A DNA stretch of 57,229 nucleotides, taken from IMG/VR virus record IMGVR_UViG_3300031933_000210; one strand, 5' to 3'. Source of the stretch: a virus. The notes beneath the pieces were generated by a model that worked only from the letters and a program-made list of their open reading frames with translations, ran no database searches and had not been told where the DNA came from. How positions within the stretch are numbered: position 1 is the stretch's first letter; each line of letters opens with the position of its first letter. A program made the position numbers and the translations under genes. This document shows positions 33,259 through 40,992 of this stretch, one piece after another.

Positions 33259-34728
33259 TCACACTACCTCCCTGTACTTCGTCGCCTCGACGAGCGCGTC
33301 TTGGAGTGCATCTTTTTCAGGCAGAACGGTCATTACCCGCTCATCGACCGTACCCTCGGCAACGATATGGTGAATTACAACCGTTTCCTTCTGGCCTGGA
33401 CGGTGAAGACGCTTATTCAACTGTTGGTAGTATTCGAGACTCCAGCAGAGGCCGTACCAGACGGTGATGCAACCACCGTACTGCAGGTTCAATCCGTGAC
33501 CAGCGGACTGCGGGTGCGCCAGCAGGATGGAAATTTCGCCGTTGTTCCAGCGCTTCTGCAGGTTCGGCGCCTCGCCGACGACCTCAGCCTTCGGGTAGCG
33601 CTTGCGCAGCTTCTCCAGGTCGAACTGGTAGCTGTAGGCGACCAGAACCGGCGCCCCGTTGGCCTCCTCGATCACGCTGTCCAGGGCATCGAGCTTCAGT
33701 GAGTGGATTTCGATGACGTTGCCGTCCTCGTCGTAGACCGAGCCGTTGGCCAGCTGCAGCAACTTGCCGGTCAGCACACCCTCGTTCACCGCCTCGATGT
33801 CATGCTCTTCGAGCAGCATGGTCTTCTCGAACTTGCGGTACTGGGCCATCACCTTCGGTGGCAGCTTCACACGGATCGTGTTGTGGATGACCGGCGGCAT
33901 GTCGACGTAATCCTCCGTCTTCATGCTCAGGGTGATGTCCTGAATGCGCTCGACGATCTGCTCAAACGCACCCGGCCGCGGTGTATAGCGGTAGCCCATG
34001 TAGTCGCTATCGAACCAGCGAGTGCGGTACTGGTTGAAGCTGCCATACAGTCGCTCGCCCTGATCCAGCAGATAGAACTGGCTCCAGATGTCCAACAGGC
34101 CGTTGGGCGACATGGTTCCGGTGAGCCCGATGACACGCAGGATGCGCTTGCGCACGCTGCACAGCGCCCCGAACCGGGTCGGATTACCCTTCACCTTCTT
34201 GACCGCCTTCTTGACCGCGGCGTCAATCTGCTCGTCCGTCAGCCCTTTCGGCAGCTCGCGCATCGCTTCGTCCATGGCTTTCTGAACCGCCACCTTGGTT
34301 GGCTTGGTCTTCTTCGACGGATTCTTGAAACGCGAGATTTCGTCGATGCACACCAAGTCGTAGGGCCAGTCATCTCCCCAGAATTCGACCAGCCAGCCGA
34401 CGTTCTCGGTGTTGATAATGCTGATCTCGGGCAGCCTACGGGCGCGCTGCTCACGCCGGTCAGGTGGACCGGTCAACACCTCGTAGTCGAGCACGCTGGT
34501 GTGCTCCCACGCATCGATCTCATCGGGCCAGGTCTCCTCGGCCACCAGCAGCGGCGCGATCACCAGGATGTGGGTGACCTGGAAGGTGTCCAGCAGCTCG
34601 CGGAACGCTGTCAGCGCTGTGCCGGTTTTCCCCAGCCCCATCGCCATCCCCAGCATGCACGCAGGGTTCTCGACGATCTTCTTCACGCCCACCAGCTGGC
34701 TGTGCCGCAGGTCATCGAGCTTACGCAT
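33259..34728 (-). CDS. SNF2-family DNA helicase/translocase
   Basis: GLGKTG (Walker A), CIDEISRFKN (DExx box) and LLAHPQSAGHGLNLQ (helicase-C motif). Confidence 0.85.
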   Translation of the reverse strand: MRKLDDLRHSQLVGVKKIVENPACMLGMAMGLGKTGTALTAFRELLDTFQVTHILVIAPLLVAEETWPDEIDAWEHTSVLDYEVLTGPPDRREQRARRLPEISIINTENVGWLVEFWGDDWPYDLVCIDEISRFKNPSKKTKPTKVAVQKAMDEAMRELPKGLTDEQIDAAVKKAVKKVKGNPTRFGALCSVRKRILRVIGLTGTMSPNGLLDIWSQFYLLDQGERLYGSFNQYRTRWFDSDYMGYRYTPRPGAFEQIVERIQDITLSMKTEDYVDMPPVIHNTIRVKLPPKVMAQYRKFEKTMLLEEHDIEAVNEGVLTGKLLQLANGSVYDEDGNVIEIHSLKLDALDSVIEEANGAPVLVAYSYQFDLEKLRKRYPKAEVVGEAPNLQKRWNNGEISILLAHPQSAGHGLNLQYGGCITVWYGLCWSLEYYQQLNKRLHRPGQKETVVIHHIVAEGTVDERVMTVLPEKDALQDALVEATKYREVV

Positions 34729-34996
34729 AGGGAACCCCCAGAATACGCAGAGCGGCTGTCGGCACGTCTACGACATGCACCTCGGCGCCGGCCGCACGGA
34801 ACAGGTCGATCTCACGCTGCTGAGTGGCCCGCGGCTTGCCGTCCGGACGCTTGAATTCAATCAGCACGATGCGCCCCTCTTTCAGGAAGAAGCGGTCCAT
34901 GCCGTTGCGCCGGCCGATCCAGCGCAGCTTCCGGACGATCCAGCCGGCAGCTTCGGCTCTCTCGCATACCAAGTCCTCAATTGGGCTCTCGATCAT
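34721..34996 (-). CDS. VRR-NUC domain nuclease
   Basis: GMDRFFLKEGRIVLIEFKRPDGKPRATQ fits the D..(D/E)xK core of VRR-NUC. The ATG at 34996 follows the TTCAACCA motif. Confidence 0.7.
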   Translation of the reverse strand: MIESPIEDLVCERAEAAGWIVRKLRWIGRRNGMDRFFLKEGRIVLIEFKRPDGKPRATQQREIDLFRAAGAEVHVVDVPTAALRILGVPYA

Positions 34997-34997
34997 T

Positions 34998-35023
34998 GGT
35001 TGAATACTCACTAGGTGGTTGAA
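34998..35023 (-). promoter_or_regulatory. TTCAACC-family motif, 19-bp-phased direct repeat abutting the start codon
   Basis: Minus strand reads TTCAACCAcctagtgagtaTTCAACCAATG. Confidence 0.65.
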
Positions 35024-35030
35024 AACGCAG

Positions 35031-37016
35031 TCAAATCAGATGGTCCAGCTTTGCGTCCCACTGGTAGGCTGGATGGCCAACGTCGCGCATGATCGAGACG
35101 GCCTCGCGCGCATACCAGCTCAGGTCCACGTCAGTGGGGAACTCCTCGGGTAGGTCCATCAGCGGCACTGCGCCGCGAGACCGGGAAACGGTGTTGCTGT
35201 TGATCTTGTAGCGGATGTCCCGGGTCTCGCCGATGCCGTAGTACCAGCGCACGGCCTTGCCGAGGTACCGCGCGTTCTTCAGCTGTGCCTGGGTGACGTG
35301 CTTGTAGGCTTCGTCTCGGCTGAGCGCCAGCGTGTAATCCTCGTTGGTCCAGGTCCCCGGCTCCGGCCACTCGAACCAGCCCTCGCGCTCCAAGACAGCC
35401 TTCTTCTCGGCGACCTTGGCCTTGGGGTCGAACTCGCAGTGCCCATATACCGCCCCGCCGTTGACCTGGCGCACCGTCACGAACTTGGTGATGTCCTTGC
35501 AGGCCGCCAGCGTGGCCTCCACCGGCACACCCTTGGTCAGTGCGTCGACTGCTGCCTGGATCGCGATCTGGTTGGCGGGGTTCTTCTGCAGACCGGGTTC
35601 GGCGAAGGCGCCCTTGAGCTTGACCTTGCCGTCGGTCTTCACAGCGATGTAGTTGTTCACGTCGCGGCTGTAGAGCGCGCTGTACTGCGTTTCCTCGGTC
35701 TCGAACGTGGTGCGGCGCTCCCATTCGGCGACGATTGCGTTCAGGTCGTCCAGATGATCCTTCGGGCACTTGATCACTACGCCGTCGGTGTTGGCGCTGA
35801 CCACGGAGATGCCGGCCCCCTCGATCATCTCGATGAGCATCAGCAACGCCAGCTGGCCGGTGATCGTTACCTGGATCATCAGGTGCGGCGAATACAGGCA
35901 CGACCACTTGGAGCCGAACTTGCCGAACGATCCGTTGATGGTGATCTTCAGCGAGTCGGCGGTGACCTTGTCGCCAGCACGCTTGGCTGCCAGGCGCCGG
36001 TCGACGATCGACTTGTAGACCTTGAGAAAGGCGGGTCCGAGGTGCTTGGGGTACAGGCCCTGACCGAGGATGATCGCCGGGTAGTAGCTGGCCACGTCGC
36101 GGTCGATCAGAAGGGTGTCGTCGTCGGCGATATGGGTGACCGAGCTTTCGCTGGAGTGCAGCCCGCCGATCCCCATGCGGTAGATCGAGCCACCCATCAC
36201 GACCTTTGCATCAGAGAGCTCATCAGGCATCGCCACGCTGCCGTTGCTCTCGACGACGAACTTCGCGTTGCGCACCATCTCCAACACTTCGAGCATCACG
36301 GGCGTGGTGTAGCTGATGAAATCCGGTACCCGATAATTGAAGCTGGTGCCGGCCGGGAACTTCGGCCGCTCAGGGCGCACACCGCTCAGCCGCTCCAGCT
36401 GACTCTTGATCACCGCCTCGGCAATCTGGGCATCGGACTTGGAGCGCAGGTCCATGCCGTACTCTTCGGACATCCGCTCACGCAGCTCCAGCTGTTTGAT
36501 CAGCCCGGTGCGCAGGTCTTTGGTGGCGTTCAGGTCGTTGCCGTTGTAGGAGACCAGCTGCGGGCGAAGCTCGGGGGTGATCGAGGCGTCAGGCTCCACC
36601 GGCAGGTCCTGCATGCGCTGGGTATGGACCCGGCCGCCGTAGATTTTTAGGCTGGCCTGCCCGGGCGCCACCTCGATCAGGTCGATGTGGTCGATCTTGG
36701 GGATGCGGACGCCGAAGGTGCGCTCGAACTCCCAAGGCTTGAGGTTCTGCTGGATGATTGCATCGCTGGCGCGCTTGAGCTGGATGTTGCTCACCCCCTG
36801 CAGCGCGTAGTAGACCATCGGGATATCGTAGGTCGCCCCGTTGAACGTGATGATCTGGCAGAGCCGGAGCACCTTGGCGAGCAGTTCGCGATCGAGGCTC
36901 ACCCCATCGTACTGCTCAAACACGAGCGTGTTGCCCGTCTCGATGTTGCGCACGCCGACTTCGAAATAGTCCCTATACGTCTCCACATCGAGTACCACTG
37001 TTTTTTTAGTATTCAT
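35031..37016 (-). CDS. family-B DNA polymerase with an N-terminal 3'-5' exonuclease
   Basis: VLDVETY (Exo I), DVASYYPAII (motif A), KITINGSFGKFG (motif B) and SANTDGV (motif C). Confidence 0.8.
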   Translation of the reverse strand: MNTKKTVVLDVETYRDYFEVGVRNIETGNTLVFEQYDGVSLDRELLAKVLRLCQIITFNGATYDIPMVYYALQGVSNIQLKRASDAIIQQNLKPWEFERTFGVRIPKIDHIDLIEVAPGQASLKIYGGRVHTQRMQDLPVEPDASITPELRPQLVSYNGNDLNATKDLRTGLIKQLELRERMSEEYGMDLRSKSDAQIAEAVIKSQLERLSGVRPERPKFPAGTSFNYRVPDFISYTTPVMLEVLEMVRNAKFVVESNGSVAMPDELSDAKVVMGGSIYRMGIGGLHSSESSVTHIADDDTLLIDRDVASYYPAIILGQGLYPKHLGPAFLKVYKSIVDRRLAAKRAGDKVTADSLKITINGSFGKFGSKWSCLYSPHLMIQVTITGQLALLMLIEMIEGAGISVVSANTDGVVIKCPKDHLDDLNAIVAEWERRTTFETEETQYSALYSRDVNNYIAVKTDGKVKLKGAFAEPGLQKNPANQIAIQAAVDALTKGVPVEATLAACKDITKFVTVRQVNGGAVYGHCEFDPKAKVAEKKAVLEREGWFEWPEPGTWTNEDYTLALSRDEAYKHVTQAQLKNARYLGKAVRWYYGIGETRDIRYKINSNTVSRSRGAVPLMDLPEEFPTDVDLSWYAREAVSIMRDVGHPAYQWDAKLDHLI

Positions 37017-37557
37017 GCGATGAACCAACACCATTATTCGAGAATTCGCGATGGAGACGAAGCCTCGCAGCTTTAACCGCGTTCTCAGCATTCAACTTGT
37101 CCGCGAAATAACCTAAATTCCGGTTCCGCCCGTTTACGCAAATAATCGCCATCCACTTCCCGTAACGCTTGTACCACTGGACACCTTTAACTCCTGAGGT
37201 GTTATCGGAGCGGAGTAAGGCGTTTCTGGCGTTTTCAGCCAGGGTGGCCAGTCTCATGTTGCTAGGCTGGTTATTGAGTTTGTTACCGTCTATATGATCG
37301 ATCCGGTAGCCATAAGGGATCGACCCGTTGCGCATAATCCAAAGCAGGCGATGAACTAGCCAACGCTCCTTCTTGAAACCCACCTGGAGATAGCCTTGTG
37401 TATTCTGGCAAGTCACTTCTCCAATCGCGCGCCCCCCTAGACCCGGCAGCCAGCGAACGGTGTGCCCTACATCCTCAAACGCAGCCAGTAGTTCACAGCG
37501 GCTCGGCTCAGTACGCATAGTCATGGCCGGCATACCCTCTAGCTTCTTCACTTTCAT
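37006..37557 (-). CDS. HNH (HNH_3) + AP2-domain homing endonuclease
   Basis: VHRLLW...IDHIDGNKLNNQPSNMRL...N plus SGVKGVQWYKRYGKWMAIICVNGRNRNLGYF. Lower GC than its flanks. Overlaps the polymerase start by 11 nt. Confidence 0.8.
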   Translation of the reverse strand: MKVKKLEGMPAMTMRTEPSRCELLAAFEDVGHTVRWLPGLGGRAIGEVTCQNTQGYLQVGFKKERWLVHRLLWIMRNGSIPYGYRIDHIDGNKLNNQPSNMRLATLAENARNALLRSDNTSGVKGVQWYKRYGKWMAIICVNGRNRNLGYFADKLNAENAVKAARLRLHREFSNNGVGSSHEY

Positions 37558-37558
37558 T

Positions 37559-37584
37559 GGTTGAATACTCACCCATTGGTGGAA
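37559..37584 (-). promoter_or_regulatory. TTCAACC-family motif, 19-bp-phased direct repeat abutting the start codon
   Basis: Minus strand reads TTCCACCAatgggtgagtaTTCAACCAATG. Confidence 0.6.
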
Positions 37585-37609
37585 AAAAAGGGCGCCGAAG
37601 CGCCCTTTC
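37582..37609 (-). terminator. Rho-independent terminator after the SSB-like gene
   Basis: Stem AAAGGGCGC/GCGCCCTTT, loop of 4 nt, T7 tract on the minus strand. Confidence 0.75.
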
Positions 37610-37622
37610 TGCGGGGTTTGAC

Positions 37623-38219
37623 TCAGATCATGTCGTCGTCTTCGTCGTCCAGATCGTCGAGGTAGTCGTCGGCATCGACAGCGCCGGCGCCGAACGGCTC
37701 ACCGTCGCGACGGAAGCGCACCAGCTCGATGGACGCGAACACACCGTTGCCACCCTTGTCCTTGTCGGTGACCGAGTAGACGCTGACAACAGCATCCACA
37801 TAGCAGCCGCCGTAGATAATGCCGTCTTCCTCGACGGTCGGGCTCTTGTCGCGCTTGAGGACCTGCGGCCGGCGCTTTTCCGGCGAGCTGGCCTGGACGT
37901 ACATCATGTCCTCGTAGCCCGCGTAGACATCACCCTCGGCATTGGTAGCCTTGTTACCGTCGCGCAGCGGCTTACGGTCCCACTCGATGTTGTTGAAGAT
38001 TTTCTCAGCCTTGTCCGCCCAGGTCTTGCCCTTGACGTGCTCGATGGCAGCGTTGATGGCTTTGATGTTCGCCTTGCCCTCGGCAGTCTCCGGATCGATC
38101 AGGAATGCAGCGCTGAACTTGGGCGCCGAGGTGTCGGTGGACTTCTCGGCCTTGAACAGTTTCGGGAAGGACAGGCGGACGTTTTTCAGTACGGCGATAT
38201 CGGGACGTGCAGTTGCCAT
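37623..38219 (-). CDS. ssDNA-binding protein, T7 gp2.5-like (DUF2815-like)
   Basis: Position between the exonuclease and the polymerase. Family resemblance is from memory. Strongly acidic tail DDYLDDLDDEDDDMI. Confidence 0.6.
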   Translation of the reverse strand: MATARPDIAVLKNVRLSFPKLFKAEKSTDTSAPKFSAAFLIDPETAEGKANIKAINAAIEHVKGKTWADKAEKIFNNIEWDRKPLRDGNKATNAEGDVYAGYEDMMYVQASSPEKRRPQVLKRDKSPTVEEDGIIYGGCYVDAVVSVYSVTDKDKGGNGVFASIELVRFRRDGEPFGAGAVDADDYLDDLDDEDDDMI

Positions 38220-38234
38220 GTTGTGTTTCCTCGG

Positions 38235-39512
38235 TCAGATCAGATCGTCGAATTCATCGACTTCAGGTTGAATCTCGTCAGCAGCGACCAGGTCGTCATC
38301 GTCGTCCAGATCGTCCAGCAGGCTGAGGATTGGGATCAGCGCCTCGCGCTTGTCGCTTTCCGGTACCAGTGCCGGCTTGCCTTCCGGCCGATGGATTAAC
38401 TCCTGGGCAGCCTTCCAGTTGCGCGTACCGGCGGCCGACTCCATCTGTGCTGGGCTTTTCAGCCGCTGCGTGTAGATGGCCTTGGCTGGCATCTTGGCCT
38501 TCCAGAACTCTTCCGCCTCAGCTTCGTTGACCCAGGTGCGATCACCGAGCGTGGCGACAGCCTTGAACCCAGGAACAGGCAACCCTTTGAGCGCATCGTC
38601 CAGCGCCGCGGCATGCAGGTTGTTGACCCAGCTGGTGATCAGCGACTTGTGCTCCAGCACGTAGCTGCGGCGCTCAGGGGTGAGGCTCGCGTGTGCAGTC
38701 AATTCAGGTTTCCTCCTGCGGTCGGCGTCCAGGCTCTCTAGGTCGATACCCAGCAAGTCGAGGACGAATTGATCCAGCGCGTAGCAGGCCGAGTTGCGTG
38801 CTGCCCGGCAGAATCGGCACCCTTTCGGGCTCGGTTTAAGTGGCGCATCCGGGTCCAGCGTGGCGATTGCCGCAGCAGCGACCTCCTCGGCGAACACCAA
38901 AAGCTCGTCGAGCGTGGTGTACCACTCACTGCCTCCACCGGAGACACGCGGTTGGTCGATGCGCAACAGGAAGCGTGTGGCCTTCGTTCGGTGTCTGGCG
39001 TAGTTCATCCAGAAACCGAGCGCGTAGATCATCATCTGCTTGTTGCGCTCAGCATCTACGGTCACACCGCGGCCGAATTTCAGGTCGTCGATGGTGATCA
39101 GGTCGTCAGAGATGCCGCCGGCATCCAGCGTCCCGAAGCCACCTTCGATCCACGGGTCCATCTCGACCCGGTGTTCAAAGACCCATTCAGCTTTCGCCTC
39201 GCGGATGCGGTCGATACCAGGCTGCAGCCAGCGCACCCACTCGTCAGTCACCTCGAAGAACAGCCCATCGGCCTCGATCTTCTCGCCAACCAGAGCGTCG
39301 ACATCGATTCCTTCATTCAGGCAACGCTCGCGCACGGTGTGTGCTGCGGTACCTTCGCTGGAGAACTCACTACTCTCCTCGGGGAAGCGCTCTTCCATCC
39401 GCGGCTTGCCCGGACAGACCATCCACCCTTCGGCATCCGATGGGCTCAGCCGGTGATGCGCGGCGATGGCAGCTGCGATCGGGGTGCGATCTATTGGTTG
39501 GTGTGCAGTCAC
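38235..39512 (-). CDS. PD-(D/E)XK / Cas4-like exonuclease (DUF2800-like)
   Basis: HHRLSPSDAEGWMVCPG N-terminal signature, IDDLKFGRG, and a C-terminal CRFCRA...C cluster. GTG at 39512 with a GGAGAGGG Shine-Dalgarno sequence (alternative ATG at 39629). Tail EFDDLI. Confidence 0.65.
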   Translation of the reverse strand: MTAHQPIDRTPIAAAIAAHHRLSPSDAEGWMVCPGKPRMEERFPEESSEFSSEGTAAHTVRERCLNEGIDVDALVGEKIEADGLFFEVTDEWVRWLQPGIDRIREAKAEWVFEHRVEMDPWIEGGFGTLDAGGISDDLITIDDLKFGRGVTVDAERNKQMMIYALGFWMNYARHRTKATRFLLRIDQPRVSGGGSEWYTTLDELLVFAEEVAAAAIATLDPDAPLKPSPKGCRFCRAARNSACYALDQFVLDLLGIDLESLDADRRRKPELTAHASLTPERRSYVLEHKSLITSWVNNLHAAALDDALKGLPVPGFKAVATLGDRTWVNEAEAEEFWKAKMPAKAIYTQRLKSPAQMESAAGTRNWKAAQELIHRPEGKPALVPESDKREALIPILSLLDDLDDDDDLVAADEIQPEVDEFDDLI

Positions 39513-39558
39513 CTTGCCCTCTCCAAAGGGAGGCCCGAAGGCCCCCTCACCGGTTGGT

Positions 39559-40245
39559 TCAGACCAGGTCGTCTTCAGCTTGAGCGCAGACTTCAGCGAA
39601 ATCGGCGCTGGTCGGATCAATGTCTTCACCGGCCATCTTGCGCTCGACCAGATTCATGGCCAGCGCGCGGTGCTCGGGCAGCAGCTCGCTTGCACGGGCG
39701 GCGCCGAAACGCTCCAGCAACGGCTTGACGAACTTGGCGCGCTCGGCGCGGGTTTCCTTGTCCAGGTCCTTCGGCAGGTAGCGTGCGAAGACCTCGACGA
39801 GCGCTTCGACCGGCGGATGCTCGGCACCCTTCTTCTCGGTGGTCGACTCGGCACCCTTCTTGGCGTCAGCTTCCTTCTTGGCCTTGGCGTCAGCCGCCTT
39901 CTTGGCCTTGGCATCAGCCGCGTTCTTTTCCTTCAGCGCCGCCTGCTTCTCGTTGTAGATGCTCTCGGTGATCTTGTAGACGCCGTCGGCTTCGGCCTTC
40001 TTGGCAGCGTATTCGGCCTCGTTGGCCACCTTGCCGAAGTAACCGGTGCTGTTGTCGGCCCAGAAGATCGGGCCGGATTCGGCTTTCGACTCGGCGGTCT
40101 TACCAGCGTCGGTGACGGCGGCAGCAGCAGACTTACCCACTTCCTGGGCTGCGGCTGTCGTAGCGCCGCTGGCAAAGCGGATCGCTTCGGAAAGACCGTT
40201 GATGGCGTTCGCGAACTTGTCGCTGATGTCGAGGGTTACCTGCAT
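39559..40245 (-). CDS. hypothetical protein, Ala/Lys-rich with an AADAKAKK repeat
   Basis: AGGAG lies 9 nt upstream of the ATG at 40245. 24-bp tandem duplication at 39874-39921. First gene of the leftward replication operon. Confidence 0.6.
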   Translation of the reverse strand: MQVTLDISDKFANAINGLSEAIRFASGATTAAAQEVGKSAAAAVTDAGKTAESKAESGPIFWADNSTGYFGKVANEAEYAAKKAEADGVYKITESIYNEKQAALKEKNAADAKAKKAADAKAKKEADAKKGAESTTEKKGAEHPPVEALVEVFARYLPKDLDKETRAERAKFVKPLLERFGAARASELLPEHRALAMNLVERKMAGEDIDPTSADFAEVCAQAEDDLV

Positions 40246-40326
40246 GTTCACTTGCTCCTGGATGGTGAGTCGGCTGCTGCGTGTTCGCTTCAGTGACGGC
40301 AATTGAACACCATCCATTTTCGTCAT

Positions 40327-40343
40327 GTCAACTGTTGGTTGAA
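40327..40343. promoter_or_regulatory. TTCAACC-family motif, palindromic form (GTCAACTGTTGGTTGAA) in the divergent control region
   Basis: Lies about 85 nt upstream of the leftward operon's first ATG and 100 nt upstream of the Cro-like gene. Confidence 0.65.
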
Positions 40344-40442
40344 TACCACCACTTGATGCGCATTGACACGGCCGTCGTCGATTTCGCCTTGCGCCGGTCT
40401 CGGAGCGCTACCTAGAATGCCGACAATTCTACAAATAGATGA

Positions 40443-40715
40443 ATGGGCACACGCGACATGGACCTCGACGACATCAGCCGCTACAAGGAGCTCGGCCCTC
40501 TGCAGGACCTACTGCTGAAGGCTTGCCCGCCTGATAGCGAGGGTAAACGGAGCATTCCGGTCCTGGCCAAGCATCTCGGCTTGAGCAACCAGTACGTCTA
40601 TCGCTGGATCAAAGACAAATCGGTGCCGGCAAAGTACGTCCGCAAACTGGTTGAGATCGGCGACGGCAGAGTCTCATTCAGCGACTTCCACGATTACGTG
40701 TTCTTACGATCGTAA
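40443..40715 (+). CDS. Cro/YdaS-like HTH regulator
   Basis: IPVLAKHLGLSNQYVYRWIKDKSVPAKYV is an HTH. First gene of the rightward operon. Confidence 0.6.
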   Translation: MGTRDMDLDDISRYKELGPLQDLLLKACPPDSEGKRSIPVLAKHLGLSNQYVYRWIKDKSVPAKYVRKLVEIGDGRVSFSDFHDYVFLRS

Positions 40716-40717
40716 AA

Positions 40718-40733
40718 GCAACCATTGGTTGAA
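40718..40733. promoter_or_regulatory. TTCAACC-family motif, palindromic form (GCAACCATTGGTTGAA)
   Basis: Lies immediately after the stop of the Cro-like gene. Confidence 0.6.
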
Positions 40734-40788
40734 TCTTCATCTCGGCAACCGTATTCTGCCCTAAAACTAGGGCCAACCGAGGTGTAGC

Positions 40789-40992
40789 GTGACGCTCGAT
40801 CCGAAAACACAGCGCCTTCGCGCGCTAATGGCGCAGCACGGCGTCAGCATCGGCGACGTGGCCGCCCTCCTCTCGCGCAGCAAGAAGACGGTTCGCATGT
40901 GGCGTAGCCGCAACGAGCCGTCGATCCCTGACGCCCAGCTCGAACTCCTCGAACTCAAGCTCAGCCAACGTCGCGTGGAGAAAGTCGCATGA
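40789..40992 (+). CDS. small HTH-like hypothetical protein
   Basis: GTG start with a GAGGTG Shine-Dalgarno sequence. HGVSIGDVAALLSRSKKTVRMW. Confidence 0.5.
   Translation: MTLDPKTQRLRALMAQHGVSIGDVAALLSRSKKTVRMWRSRNEPSIPDAQLELLELKLSQRRVEKVA

Noticed and set aside
40364-40418. Sigma-70 promoter for the Cro-like gene using TTGACA (40364) and TAGAAT (40413)
   Set aside because: The spacing is 43 nt. The only acceptable pairing is the weak TTGCGC (40389)-N18-TAGAAT, which is too uncertain to list as a feature.
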